From positions 27,218,001 to 27,282,000 of the forward strand of contig JBHGNT010000002.1 of assembly GCA_043228905.1 (NCBI GenBank): 64,000 bases of DNA, in the 5' to 3' direction. The DNA is from Azolla caroliniana. Lineage: Eukaryota > Plantae > Polypodiophyta. The number at the start of each line of letters is the position of its first letter. The stretch's first letter is position 1. Of this stretch, positions 51,223 to 64,000 are shown piece after piece. Below the pieces are notes generated by a model. The model was not told where the DNA came from. It made no database searches and worked only from the letters and a program-made list of their open reading frames with translations. A program made the position numbers and the translations under genes.

Positions 51223-51456
51223 ACCAATATCCTCATCTTTCCTCAATAAGATGTCCATCGAGGCTCCTTTCCTCCTTGTGGCTTACCTTATGTTACTTCT
51301 ATTTGCATGTAGCTGAGTGTTTGTTTTCAACCATGTCATTGTCACCAATATCCTCATCTATCCTTAATAATAATGTCCATTCAGGCTCCTTGCCTCCTTG
51401 TGACCAACCTTATGTCACTTCTATTTGCATGTAGCTGAGTGTTTGTTTTCAACCAT
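51223..51456. repeat. Tandem duplication, 121-bp period
   Basis: ACCAATATCCTCATCT...CTATTTGCATGTAGCTGAGTGTTTGTTTTCAACCAT at 51223 and 51344. Confidence 0.9.
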
Positions 51457-52489
51457 AGTAGTGAATTGTCTTTTATTGAATAAATATGTTTTATGCTATT
51501 ATTGCGTCCTTCACTTGAATTATGAAGCATGTTTTGTATGACTCCAAATTTGTCATTGTAATTTTCTTTATACATGCACAACACAAACATTTTGTATCTA
51601 GGAAGCGTGTCGACAACAATTTAAATTATCACTATATAACCATACTATGTGTTTTATTGTTACATCTAGAGCACTCCAACATTTATACACCAACTTCTAC
51701 TTCGTTAGTTTGACACCGAATAAGTTCAATATGTGCATGTTCTAACTTTAGTAACAAAGTCTGAGCCCAAGACTTGTTTTTACAAACATATTTGGAATAT
51801 CTGGCATTGTCATCGTTATATGGTATGCAAGTACCTAGGTGGAGGCTATAAGTCAAGGTCCATTACATAGCATGGTTGTCATGACACCAAGAACCAACAC
51901 ATACTCTTTGAAGGATAGAAAATGATGATAACGAGATTTTTAATAATAGCCAATATATGTACGAATCGATTTTCATTATTGAGCCATGAGGTATGCATTC
52001 TTTATAGCATTTGTCTAATGGCATAAAGAAATCTATATCTCCCATATAAATTGACAATCCTACAAGTTGATTTCTTCTTGAAAATAGGATTTTGGAACTG
52101 AAATATGTTTCACTACTATGAGAGTGATTGAATTATCCTCTATTGATCATTAAATAGAACAGATGGAAGGTAATGATCAATTTCATGAAATGATGACATA
52201 AGATACTGTACAAGGGTATGTGGTTCACCTCTGCCCAATTGTTGTTGTTCTCGCAATGTCGAATTGTAGTAGGAACCTTGTGGTAAGGTTCTTGCTCACC
52301 GAGTGACCCTATCTCAAGCATTATGACCCCTATATAAGTTACTATCTTAAGCAACATGAGAATGGGTTAGTGTTGAACATGATGGGATTGAAGAAATGCC
52401 ACTTGGGTTTTGTGAGGTTATACAAGTATGCGAAAGCAATGTTTGATGAGACAATGGGAAAAGTGGTGTCAAGGACTTTGCAAGCTGAG

Positions 52490-53028
52490 AGTGAGCTCAA
52501 TTGTGTCTTGATGATGTGGAAGTGCTTGAAATGGCATATATATATATATATATATATATCTTCTTCTCTCGTACAATGGTTGAATGCATGTGCTCTTCAT
52601 CCTCCCCAAAAGAGTTGGTTCGATGCAATGGCTTAAATGTCCTCCATGGAACTAGCCAGCTCTCAAGACTCATGTACATACTCAATGATTGCTTCCTTGG
52701 CCTTGTGACTCATGTACTTGGTGAACTCCTCTGTGATCTCGTGCCCTACGATAGGAATGTTTGAAAGTGAGCTCAATTGTGCCTTGATGATGTGGAAGTG
52801 CTTGAAATGGCATATATATATCTTCTTCTCTCGTACAATGGTTGAGCGCATGTGGTCTTCAGCCTCCCCAAAAGAGTTCATTCGATGTAATGGTTTAAAT
52901 GTCTTCCATGGAGCTAGCCAACTCTCAAGACTCATGTACATATTTAGTGACCGCTTCCTTGGCCTTGTGGCTCATGTACTCAGTGAACTCCTCCTTGATC
53001 TCCTGCCCTACAAAAGGAATGTCCGAAA
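52490..53028. repeat. Tandem duplication, 2 x ~270 bp (possibly of a decayed retroelement segment)
   Basis: AGTGAGCTCAATTGTG.CTTGATGATGTGGAAGTGCTTGAAATGGC(AT)n... at 52490 and 52766; the copies differ in (TA)n length. Confidence 0.92.
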
Positions 53029-56000
53029 TGCGGGATGCTTCAATACCTTGGGACATTGGAGGGGTATTATATGTAATATCATGATTCATAATATATATTA
53101 TCTCAACCCTACCCTTCCAAAAACCTCCTCCACTTTTTAATAATCTCTTTCTTCTGCCCTTCCACATTTCCTACTACTTCTTCTTCTCAATCTGTATGTA
53201 TGTTAGTATGTATGTATGACCTATAACAGAAAAGAAGTTCTGTGATTCTAGATCATCCAGGCTTGATCCGCCAAGCTTTACCGGTTCGCTTTATTTCTTT
53301 TCTTTCTTTCTTCGTTTCGTCTTTCTGTGTTTTCTCTTGCGTGATTTTATGGTCAGGTTTCTGACAGGGTTTTGAAGAGTGAAAAGCTGCAATTTCTGAG
53401 GAAAACTTAACATTGTTTAGACGAGGAAAATCAAATGTTTTGAGGCAATTGTTTTTGGAAATATGTGAATAGAAAACTATCTTGACTACATTTTTGCAAC
53501 GCGTGAACAGAAAATTACAATTTTTTGGTGAAACAATTAAAGTGTTTTGACATGAATCGGCGATTTATTTGGTTGAAAATCGCAATATATAATGATTGGC
53601 TTTTTTCATATTTACTTATTTATTTGAAACGCGTCATCTATCTAGCACATCCCGAGTTCTTGATATCCGTTTCCTGCTGTAACACGGAGGTGATTATTTA
53701 AGAAGCTCTGAACTTTTAAGGCTTTTTAAAGTGAAAATGCCACATGAAGGTTTTCTTTGGTCGAAGCCAGTTCATTTGATTTCGATTTCGTAAATGATCA
53801 AAATAACGTTATGAATTGTACATTGTACTACGGAGCTGAGAATCATAGCTTTTGTGTTCATATGCCTTCTGTCATTGATTTTCTTTGAATATGTGCTTTT
53901 CATTCCCCTTTTGCCTTCATATTAAATTCGTATGTTCAGACTCTTGGTTTATGATATAAGCTGGTTTCGTGCGAAATCTATTGAAGTCTATATAATACGA
54001 TATATTGTGGGATATTTATAAGTATTTAATGTTTCATGGACTATATAGTATGCATCTCTTTTGAATTCAAAATTGGAAAATGTCCAATCCTTTGATCCAG
54101 GAAGGGAACATGAAAACATCTGACGTTGTGGTTCCTCCAATACTCCAGTCTATTCCAGATGCAATTGTGGGTATCTCTTGTTCTGGTTTATGTATATTCA
54201 GGTAATGTAAAAGATTCAGGCATAAGTTTACTGAATAGATTTTATGTCCGTGAAAGTTTTGGGAACCAGAATCTACCAAGGATGGATTTTGGGGACTGAA
54301 CAGGTCCAGGATTGTAGAGTTGAAATCAACTCGAAATGTGAAAACCCTAAACCCAGATGAAAAAGGTTCTGACATCTGATACATCCAAACTGGAACATGT
54401 AGAACTGGTGTAAGTTTTGATGCTGGTGTTAGAAGAAGCCATTCATTTAAGCAAATAATACATCATATCATCCTGGTACAGACTCACGAATATTGGTAGT
54501 TTGCTATATAGTTTGTTGGCTGGTCATCTTATCAGACAGTGGTCAGACAGGGACATCTAGTCACCCATGATTTTTTGAGTTTAGTTCACAATCATATTCC
54601 TGTGGGTTGGAGTTGTTAAGGAGTTCAGACTTCATGCCATTTAAGGTAATCAATCCAGCTGGTAATACCAATGTTTCTAACAGTACAAGAGCCACAGCTG
54701 CTACGAAAACAGCAATGGCAGCAGTAATTATGACAAGCACAGCTTCCATAGAAACAGAAACAGCAACACCAATAACCACAACAGAGTTCCATTGCTTCCT
54801 TTGGTTGAATTGCTGAGACAGCAATAATTTCAAACCCTTGTTCATGTAGATCCACCACAGAATAACCTTTTTGTGTAGCTTATGTTCAAACAAAGGAAGG
54901 ATGGCTCAGATGTTGATTCTCAGCAGCCTCCTGTTGGGACTTATATAATGGAACAATGCATTCCTAATCTGCAAAGATGGTGAAGTCCGAGAGAAGAACA
55001 CCAGCCTTGCAGGCTTCGCATACGTGTTGAGACGTTTTACATGATATTGATAATTCAAATCTAAGTTCTCAGATAAATTGATCTATTAGGCTCTTATTTA
55101 TTTACTAGACTTCTGAAGTAAATGGAGAGAAAACCTTGAGAACAACCATCAGATTATTCATCTTTATATTCATCCATACCATATTGTTCTGGAAATGCCA
55201 GATGGGTTGAATGAGTATTGTGAAGTACCCGAAGTGAGTGCCACTAGGAAAATAACACCATCCATAAGACCAAGGTGAATACTTGAGATACAAGAACATG
55301 CAGAGCAAGAAGTGCAACAATCATGGGAAATGAAAGAAGAGTCATATGGTATAAATGTTGTATCAACTGAAAAAAATAGTGAATAGTATGATCCTTGGAT
55401 AATCCAAGATGGGATTTTCAGGAATGGATATCAGATGCAAAATATCAATGATTTACTGACTCAAAGTTAGTGAGGAAGGAGCTACTGGAGGAGGCTTGAA
55501 AGAATGCAAATAGGATCCAAAATACGAATAGTTTACATGAGTCAAAGGTGAGTCAAAGGTGCCAAGTCATGAGAAACTGAAGATACTTTTAAGAATGCAA
55601 ATAAGATGCAAAGTACAAAGGGTTTACATGACTCAAAAGATATAAGAAATAAGCAGAAACTAGAAGAAATTTTGGGGAATGAAAAAAAGATGCAAACTGC
55701 AAATGGCTTATGTGAATCAAAGGTACCAGTGGTTCGTTTGATGCAAAGATACAGAGTAAGGAAAACGGGATGCCTTTTCCACGACTACTACAATTACTGA
55801 AGTGGCTAGGCCAAAAGTGTTGAGGTTCATAGAAACCGTCAAATGGTCCTTATACAAAGACTCATGAAGATAATTTAATTCAGTGTGGCTACTATGGTGA
55901 TAAGCTTGCTGTTTCTGTACCGTTTTCATCTGAGGTTCTTGATTCTGATTGTGGGGAGACGAAGAAAGCTAAAAAGGGCAAGTGACACAATTATTCATGA

Positions 56001-56418
56001 ATCAGAGAAGAAGGTTAAAGAAGAGAGGAGAGAGGAAACGGCTGCCAATTGTTCATCAAAAAAAGCCACGAGTCCATGTGATCCCAAAACACCTTTTGAC
56101 ATAGTACCTCCAACAAATCCTGGAGAACTAGCACATTACCAGTGCCCCTGTCAGCAGCTCAAAACCTAAGAAGAGTGCTTTGACGAACTTTTCTGGGATT
56201 ACTCTGATGTCCCTAAGATTAATGGCAGCAATGAAAATAAGACTTCAAATGCGGATAAATAAATTGTCACATTACAGTATGTATAGAGATTTAATGTTTT
56301 TTTCTATTGTTAGCTTCATTTATTTCTCGACTCTCTGAGACGCTAGACAATGGTCTTATAACTGTTGAAGAAAGGCCAGACTTCCAAGCTGACATTGAAG
56401 AAGGAATCCTGAGAAATT

Positions 56419-56657
56419 GCTGAGGATATTGCATCCGGACACAATTAACACTGACTTCACATCCTTTGCAGAATCTTCTGCATTCAAGAACCTATCCACA
56501 GGTACGAAGCATAAGAAGCAAAAGGCTGCCATCACGTCTAGGCTGAGGATATTGCATCCGGACACCATTAACCCTGACTTCGCATCCTTTGCAGAATCTT
56601 CTCCTTTCAAGAACCTATCCACAGGTACGAAGCATAAGAAGCAAAAGGCTGCCATCA
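56419..56657. repeat. Tandem duplication, 123-bp period (41 codons, in frame)
   Basis: GCTGAGGATATTGCATCCGGACAC...AAGCAAAAGGCTGCCATCA at 56419 and 56542. Confidence 0.93.
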
Positions 56658-57422
56658 AGTCTATTGAATCATATACTTTGATCTATTTTATTGCGAGTTG
56701 TTTAAAATCATGGGATATTGCTCATGCTGATAATGCTATGTTGGATTGTAAGACATTCTGTGCATAGTATAAAGGAAAGAAAAAGAAAATTACATGCAAT
56801 GATGGTATAGGCAGTATGCTTTTTAAAGTAATGAGGTTGCAGCAACCTAATTGTATTGTAAATGTGGTTTCCAATTCTGAAAATTTAATTTGTAGGTCTT
56901 GCATGTCAAAGATTTATGCTCATTTTCTTTTGAGGAGCCAAAGTTGGAAGAAATCCTTGTCCTGATACCTTGTCCTTTCAAAACATCATTGTGAAAGAGA
57001 GACTTATAATTATCAAGCTCATAATGGGCATGGAAGCTAGTCAATTATAACGGTTGTCTAAGACCATAATGAAGGAATGAGCTTGTCTCATAAAAAAAGC
57101 CTAGGTGAAGAAATTAATGAATGATAATGCTCATATAATCTATCGCCAAAAAGTGAATGAGAACATAAATAAGTTTTAATATATATACAAAGTTAGGTTA
57201 TTGTTTGATGGATAGCTTTGGGGTGTGTAGATAAATCTGGTAATTTCATTTTTGTACACCTTAGCCCTTCCATTGAAGGCTAAAACCTAGTGTTTTCATT
57301 GTGGAAGTGTGCAAGCATTGGTTTTTAATATCTAGCATGATAAGTTGGCATTTGTCTTATTTTGTAGGATGTGAAAAAACATTTATGTAGATTCCATTAG
57401 AGGATGAAATGGTTTATAAGGC

Positions 57423-60400
57423 TCAAGGAGAACATGCAGTAAAATTACAAGATCCATTCGAGTTTGGTAGAGAGAGACGAACTTCACAAGCCTCCACATC
57501 TAGCCAAGTATCAGGGGCCTCATCCTCATATCGTTCTTGGGCGGTTTTAACATATCGTGATGCACGATGGAAGAAGCCATTGTAACGACATTGTAGGCCG
57601 GCTGCGTGCGAGTCAGCCAACAATGTATCTATAAGAGCCTCATCATCTTGAGCTGAATGAGTACCATTTGTTTGTTGTTGTCTCATGCGGTCAACGATGC
57701 GTGCTCGGAAGACCACAAGGCTCCAAGTTGATTGGCCACTACCCATGAAGGCCTTAGCACGCCTGCATAACTCTTGTTCTACCTCAGAGATGGCATGTCC
57801 ACTCCTCCTATGCACTAACTCTGCAATCTCTGGCTCTTGTTCGTAGCTCCGACCATCCATGAGATTGGGCAAGCCCATGATATTCCTCCACAAGCCAACC
57901 ACTTGGACTCCCCTTCTCTTCATTTCCTCCACCACCTTATTATGACAAAACGGAGAAGATATCAATCTCTTTCTCTCTCATGATAACTACAAGACATTGA
58001 CACCCACAAGGTCCTAATCTAAAAATTTGTCACAACCTTCCTCATCAGGCAAGGAAAAATATATAGCCTTGCTATACAAACATAGACCTCAGCTTGATGA
58101 GGTTGGATGTGAATTTTGTCTTTTGTTTTTGGTAGTAGTGTTAATATATTAAAGCAAAATGACAATACAAAAAGTGTGGTTTTCACTATAGCGATGAGGA
58201 TTTTTTGTTAGTGTTTCTCTCATCCATACATACATGTATGCTTATGCCATAAATGTTTGCGTGTATAGTGTATGGTGTGTATACATATGCTATGTGTATG
58301 CATGGATGCATATGCATATATGTATGTATGTGAGTACATATGAATGGATGAATATAATATGTTTGTATGTGTGAGAGTTGTGACAGTTTATGTAAATGTA
58401 TGAAATATTAAGATAGATCACTTTGTTGTATGTTTGAAATGGATGCATGACATCCATGTCTTTGATGCAATTCATTATGAACATATGCTCAATTTTCCAA
58501 CTACAGAATTATTAAATCAAAATCTATTAACTGTTTGTTCCAACATCTAATACTTTTTCAGACAAGTAGAGTAAATGAAAAGATGCATACCATGTTAAAA
58601 TAGTTAGTCATGTAAATATGAATTGCATTTCACTCAAACTTCACCTTCCAACTTCTGTTGTTCACTCCATGTGAAATAAACATAGGGTTCATATACACAT
58701 CATCATGTATATGCACATATACCTTTATTACTCACTTTGTTGGAACTTGGAACATATAAAAAAAAAAGCCCATTGTTGACATTTGTACACAATTGCATGT
58801 ATTCCCCAATTTCAGACATAACACATGCATCATAGTTATGTAAAATTGTTTCCATTTGCTTAAGATTCTATTTCACAAACTTTGTATTCATTTTGTTCTT
58901 GGATTTCAATTGATGTAAATTAAAGTATAGAATGAGATAAAGGTTTTTGTCTAGAAAAAAATTGAAAAACCTTTTTTAATGTGTTACATCGACTTTTGAG
59001 GTAAGTTGAATCCCTTTCCCTTTAAGAAACTACGTAGTCCAATCTATTCAAACAGTGTAGGGTGGACCGGTATTGTCATCATAATTGAGACAGCTTGGAC
59101 AAAGAGCCAAAGAATATCATCATCAATAAAATGAATCACTCATTACCAATGTTTTTGTTATGACATCTCTTGGAATTAACTACCTACTTTGGGTAAACAA
59201 TGGTAACATATTTCTTAGGAAGAAGGGAATGTCATGGCACATAACGTGTCTAAGATTTAAAGTTTCTATAAAAAATTATAGAGGTAATTTTTTATTGGGA
59301 ATTGCATAAATGAATTCGAGGGATGCCTTTGACGTTTTGTATCACACGATCATTCCGTCATTTAAATAACATCTATATATAACTACATATAAAAGGGGGA
59401 TGATGTCCGTCTAAGAATTCCTGAGTGAGACATATTGATATGTACTAACAAATAGTATACATTCATAACTCTATTTTCAAAAGAACTAAACATTTCAAAA
59501 GAATGTTATCATTTAGCATCAGCTATTTTGTCCATGACAATGTACATTCTCTATTCACATGACTTTATTTTTGTTTGAAAGTGAAATAGATTTCTAATGC
59601 ATCTAGCATATTCAGTTTAGATCTCTTGCTTTCATATGAGCTTTCGCTTATGGGTAACAACTAGGCGTCACTTCGAAAGAGGAGAGAAACTACATTCTTG
59701 AGTAACAAAACATTGTATTATTAAGACAAAGGACCCATGAAAAAAAAAAACATATTTTAATATCTAAGTTTGATTAAAAATTGGATGCTATTAATATAAA
59801 CACACATGGACATTAGGTTCATCATAGTTTCTCTAGAGTTAATTAGGCTACCAAAATGGATCAAATGACTCTAATAATGTGTCATCAATTCTATGAGATG
59901 ATACATAATGGGCCAACTTGTTTTTTATAGTGGGTTTTGCAAGGGGTGAAAGGATACGTGATGATGAGGTTGCCACAAAAACTCAATGGATAGGGAAAAG
60001 AAGGGACATTAGCTTCAAATTTCGGGCGGTTTTCAAGGGCTAAAATAAATCTTGATGGCACATGAGATTTGAATTACTGACCACACAATGCGAAGTGGGA
60101 TTTTTCCATGTAACAACTTTGGCTCCCCCCCACCTTCCCCCATGGAAACCAAAACATGATTTTTATTAATAACACTTAAATGTGGTTTCCCATGTGAACC
60201 CAACCTAAGATATCATGCATTTTCAAATATGTTTCTATTTAAGGCTCTTGATTTAACACAAAAACAATCTCTCCCTTACTACATTGGATTATATGGTGGT
60301 TTCAAAAGTCATAAAGTATGATCCTTCTCATACGCTTGATCTTGTCTTGTAGATCGTATGATTGAACTTAAGTGTTGCACGAACTTTAGAAAAAGTTATC

Positions 60401-63400
60401 TAGGATTATAACACATGATAAGACACATGCACACATAGCATGCCATTGTGCTTAGATATAAGTAAAACAATTACCTCTTTGACTAATGTTTGTTGAGTCG
60501 GTCCCCTCATCCATCCATCAGTGGCAAGGTAGATGATGCTCACATTCTCCTTAATGGATTTCACGTATATTGCTTCGATCAGATCCACTTTTGATACTAA
60601 AACACCTCGAGCGCCATCTCTTGGGCAGTTTTCCTTTTGTAAAAATGCATATGTCATATTGAGATTTTTCATTATAGGATGAAGTCCAGAATCAATCACC
60701 GAACCATCTCCACATCGTAGAAAGCATAACCCAAGTTGATGATCTTTGCAAAGGGACTCCTCAAACCTCCAATGAACTACACAAGGTTAAAGCCCATGTC
60801 ACAACATGTAGCTAATGATTGTGTGTTTGAGGACTTATAAAGTTGCGATTGAATTTTTATCGTAATTATAATGTTTAATGTATTGAATGTGATACATGTG
60901 AAATGATGGCACCATATAGTCTTTTCTTAAAATAAAACATGTTGTTTTGTGTAAGCTTTTCATACATGCAAATATCTTTATTGAAAATATTGCTAAAAAC
61001 ATGTTATCAACAAAGTCGAAAGTTATTTGTTGTGTTGCTTCATATGAATGCAAAAGTTTGGACGAAAAGGAGCACGTGAAACAACTTTCAATACTATTAT
61101 ATGCTATTTTGCTTCTCATGTATGCAATTGTTTGGATAGAACAAAACTATAGTGTATGAGAAATATATCTGCTATATTCACAAACCAAAAATTTATTTGA
61201 AGAAATGGTTGCAATAAATCTAATAAGAATTGGTTTGATACACGTAAGAGAAATTGAATTGAATTTTTGTTTCCTGTACCTGCAATAAAATCTTGATTTG
61301 CACCAACCATGATGTTTTGGAGTGTTGTAGCATCCATGGAAATGGATTTCGATGGGTGTATAAATAAAGAAGGGGCAAGATATGCACCCCTCCATCGAAA
61401 ACCCGGAAATAAACCTCCCATGGCCACACATTTCTCGTCATCGTAGTCATTGAGAGCTTGCTTTATATGACCGATTGATGTCCAATTGACATACGACCAT
61501 GCTAAATCATGAGTTTTCTATGGACACACAATCATCCATAAAAATAAGTATGGTTCTAATGGTAGTAGTCCATACTTCCTATAATTAGTTTTAGATTTGG
61601 ATTAATATCAACAGTTTTATTGCCTCTATAATATAACCTTCAAGAAACAATATGAATTGCCATACATTTAATATGTTGTCGAATATCATGAAAGTAATGC
61701 ATGTGTAAACACAACGTGCCAAGCATTAATGTTTTAACAATCTAAAAGAGTTTTACGCCATAAATGATTGGTTATAATTTCAAGCTGTCGTATTGAAACA
61801 TTCAAAATTCATATGTAGTGGAATATGTAGGTTTTGGGTTAAAGTATTGTGTCATGGCTTTGATTACATAATTGAAAACCCATGGTTATTTTAGATTGAG
61901 CTCATGGAAGCTCCCATTTTGCATCCATAGAAAAAACCTTAAAGCATTGTCATTGGTAAACATTTCACAATACAAAGAAAGTAACCGATAAAATTGTGCT
62001 TCAAAAGGAAATTCTAAAAAAGATAAATGGAATTGCGAGAAATAAGCTTACTGTTGTTTCTGAGTCCCACTTCCAATCCTTAGTTAATGAGGAGTAACTC
62101 TTGTGCAACCACCATACTGCATCTATATTCTTTTTGCAAGCTTGTAAGCACACTTCCAATGATGATGTTTCGACAAACTTGCTTAATAATTCCATGTCAT
62201 AACGTTCTTCCATGGTAAGGCCACCCTTAGGTAGTTGCACTAGTGACATCAAATAATTATAAAATGTTGAGTGTATTCATTATATGGAATCTCAAGATTG
62301 GCTTTCAAATAACAAACTTATTTTAACATCTTAGTGGATCAAGAAAGTGCTTACAATTTCCCGATAAGGAATGGAGATGAAGCACTTGCATGCTTATTGG
62401 TAAATGTTTCAATGCATTCAAGTCATAAACAATATTAGAGGACGAGAATACTTATTGTCGATTATTAATGAACCCTAAGGAGTCTCCAATGGAGTATATA
62501 CCCCAACTACCTAAATATCTTTCATAAAAATACATCGCAGAACAAATGCCGGTTGGTATATCCCTAATTAACAAATGTTGCAAACAAACCAGTTAAGACA
62601 CTACATTGTCCTATTGATTAAGAAAATCATGGACAATCGACCAACAATAGAAGACAAAGCATTAAATTGGTACATTATGTGAGGACGAGTAATAACTATG
62701 TATAAGAGAACTAATTCCTTCAAAGTCGAGTTTCTCTTACTTGAATGTCTAGGAGGGCCATTGAAGAAAGGAGTCAAGCAGAGGGTCCTATGAGTCGCAC
62801 GTGCGACCAAAGCAGCTCCCATGTACTCCATCAATTGGTTATTATCACCCACCACGTTGCTTAACATCGGCACTAGATATTGAACATTGTCCACCTATTC
62901 ATCATTTCAATAGATCCCCGAGAGTACCATTATTTAGTAAATTCATCTAATAATATTCAACATTCATCAAGTTTGATTGAAAACCTACCCCTTGTTTATA
63001 TTTTCGTTTGTTGGGATGCATGGCATGCAATATGTGTTTTGCATACTCTTACACACAAATGATGCACTATCATACACTAGTACCAATCTACTTGTGTAGC
63101 TACCCCTCCCACCCCATGACAACATTGTCTCATGAGCTTTCCACATTCATGGATAACACTCCAATGACCAAGGAAACTTCTAATGCATACTTCATCGACT
63201 ATACATGTTCTGTTTCCGAGTTAACCTCTACAGTCCCTAGGTCATTTAGATTGTAAATTCCAACCTATCCAAGCTTTGTCCACCATACACTTGAAGTTCC
63301 TGTAGACTTGCACTGCTGAAATTTACCCATGTTTTGTTTCATAAGATATGCCAAATTATCTTGCAACATGGATACCCCTCTTTCGATGAAGATCGTACCC

Positions 63401-63832
63401 TCTAATCAATCCAACCTTTGTTATTATTGTTAACATATGGAATTGCATTCTTAAACAAGCTTGCACTCATATCAGATTATCTGAATCAGCATGTATTCAA
63501 TTTAAGCCAATTGATTTAATTGAGTAGAGCTTATTTCAGATCTATGTCAACATTGATTGATCATATTCAATTTTGTACTCTAATAACATTGTGTATCTTT
63601 CTTGATTAAGTACCTTGGTCGGTTCGTTCACATGTTTGTGCTCGTGTTCCTTGATCGATTCCAAGATGGGATCATTTGGAGTTTCTAGATTCGGATCGCT
63701 CGGTTGGAATAAATTCGCCGCCAGATCAAGGATGGTAGATGCGCTCCATGAAGACACTAGAGTAGGATAATTACAAAGCAGTGTGAATTGTGCAATAAGA
63801 ACCAATACACTCTTAATCCACAACTTGCCCAT
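57423..63832 (-). CDS. GDP-fucose protein O-fucosyltransferase-like (O-FucT/POFUT-type GT-B) protein, ~537 aa, with an N-terminal hydrophobic signal/anchor
   Basis: Exons 63832-63614, 62894-62741, 62239-62052, 61517-61280, 60776-60475, 57935-57423 give consistent phases (1614 nt). O-FucT motifs occur in order: GDNNQLMEYMGAALVARATHRTLCL, AVHWRFEE, IYLATD, VEQELCRRAKAFMGSGQSTWS. Exon 1 assignment is the least certain. Confidence 0.82.
63100..63400 (-). mobile_element. Small Ty3/gypsy RT-like fragment in the first O-FucT intron
   Basis: The minus strand reads IRSFLGH near 63185-63165, resembling the gypsy xRSFLGxxGYY motif. Confidence 0.35.
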
Positions 63833-64000
63833 GATGATGGTGTAATTATGGTTAATGAGGTGCTATGCCATAATTAACCATGTACATGGGGAGGAAAAGA
63901 GCACTAATGAAAGAATGGTGTTGTAAAGCGTTGTCTCCATGTGTTTGAATGAGACAATGAAGGAACAGAGTTCTAAAACATTTAGCTTCAATTGCCACAA

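Overview
AT-rich land-plant nuclear DNA with spliceosomal introns. A non-flowering plant such as a fern is plausible, but that is inference and cannot be proven from the sequence. Six protein-coding genes can be reconstructed exon by exon: the 3' part of a SWI3-type SWI/SNF subunit (+), a mitochondrial ADP/ATP carrier (-), the CAF-1 p60 subunit FAS2 (+), protein phosphatase 5 (+), a NIP II-type aquaporin (+) and a GDP-fucose protein O-fucosyltransferase-like gene (-). Introns and intergenic DNA hold decayed LINE and LTR-retrotransposon fragments, a ~290-bp mitochondrial rrn18-derived insertion (NUMT), a 9 x ~105-bp tandem array, microsatellites and many small local tandem duplications. The strongest signal is at the NIP gene. 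It combines the boric-acid-channel filter (A/I/G/R), an unusual NPC/NPV pair, a GC-AG intron and two AUG-stop minimal uORFs upstream, the cis-element type that drives boron-dependent ribosome stalling in Arabidopsis NIP5;1. Also notable are a ~15-copy hairpin motif in FAS2 intron 1 and the divergent POFUT-like gene.
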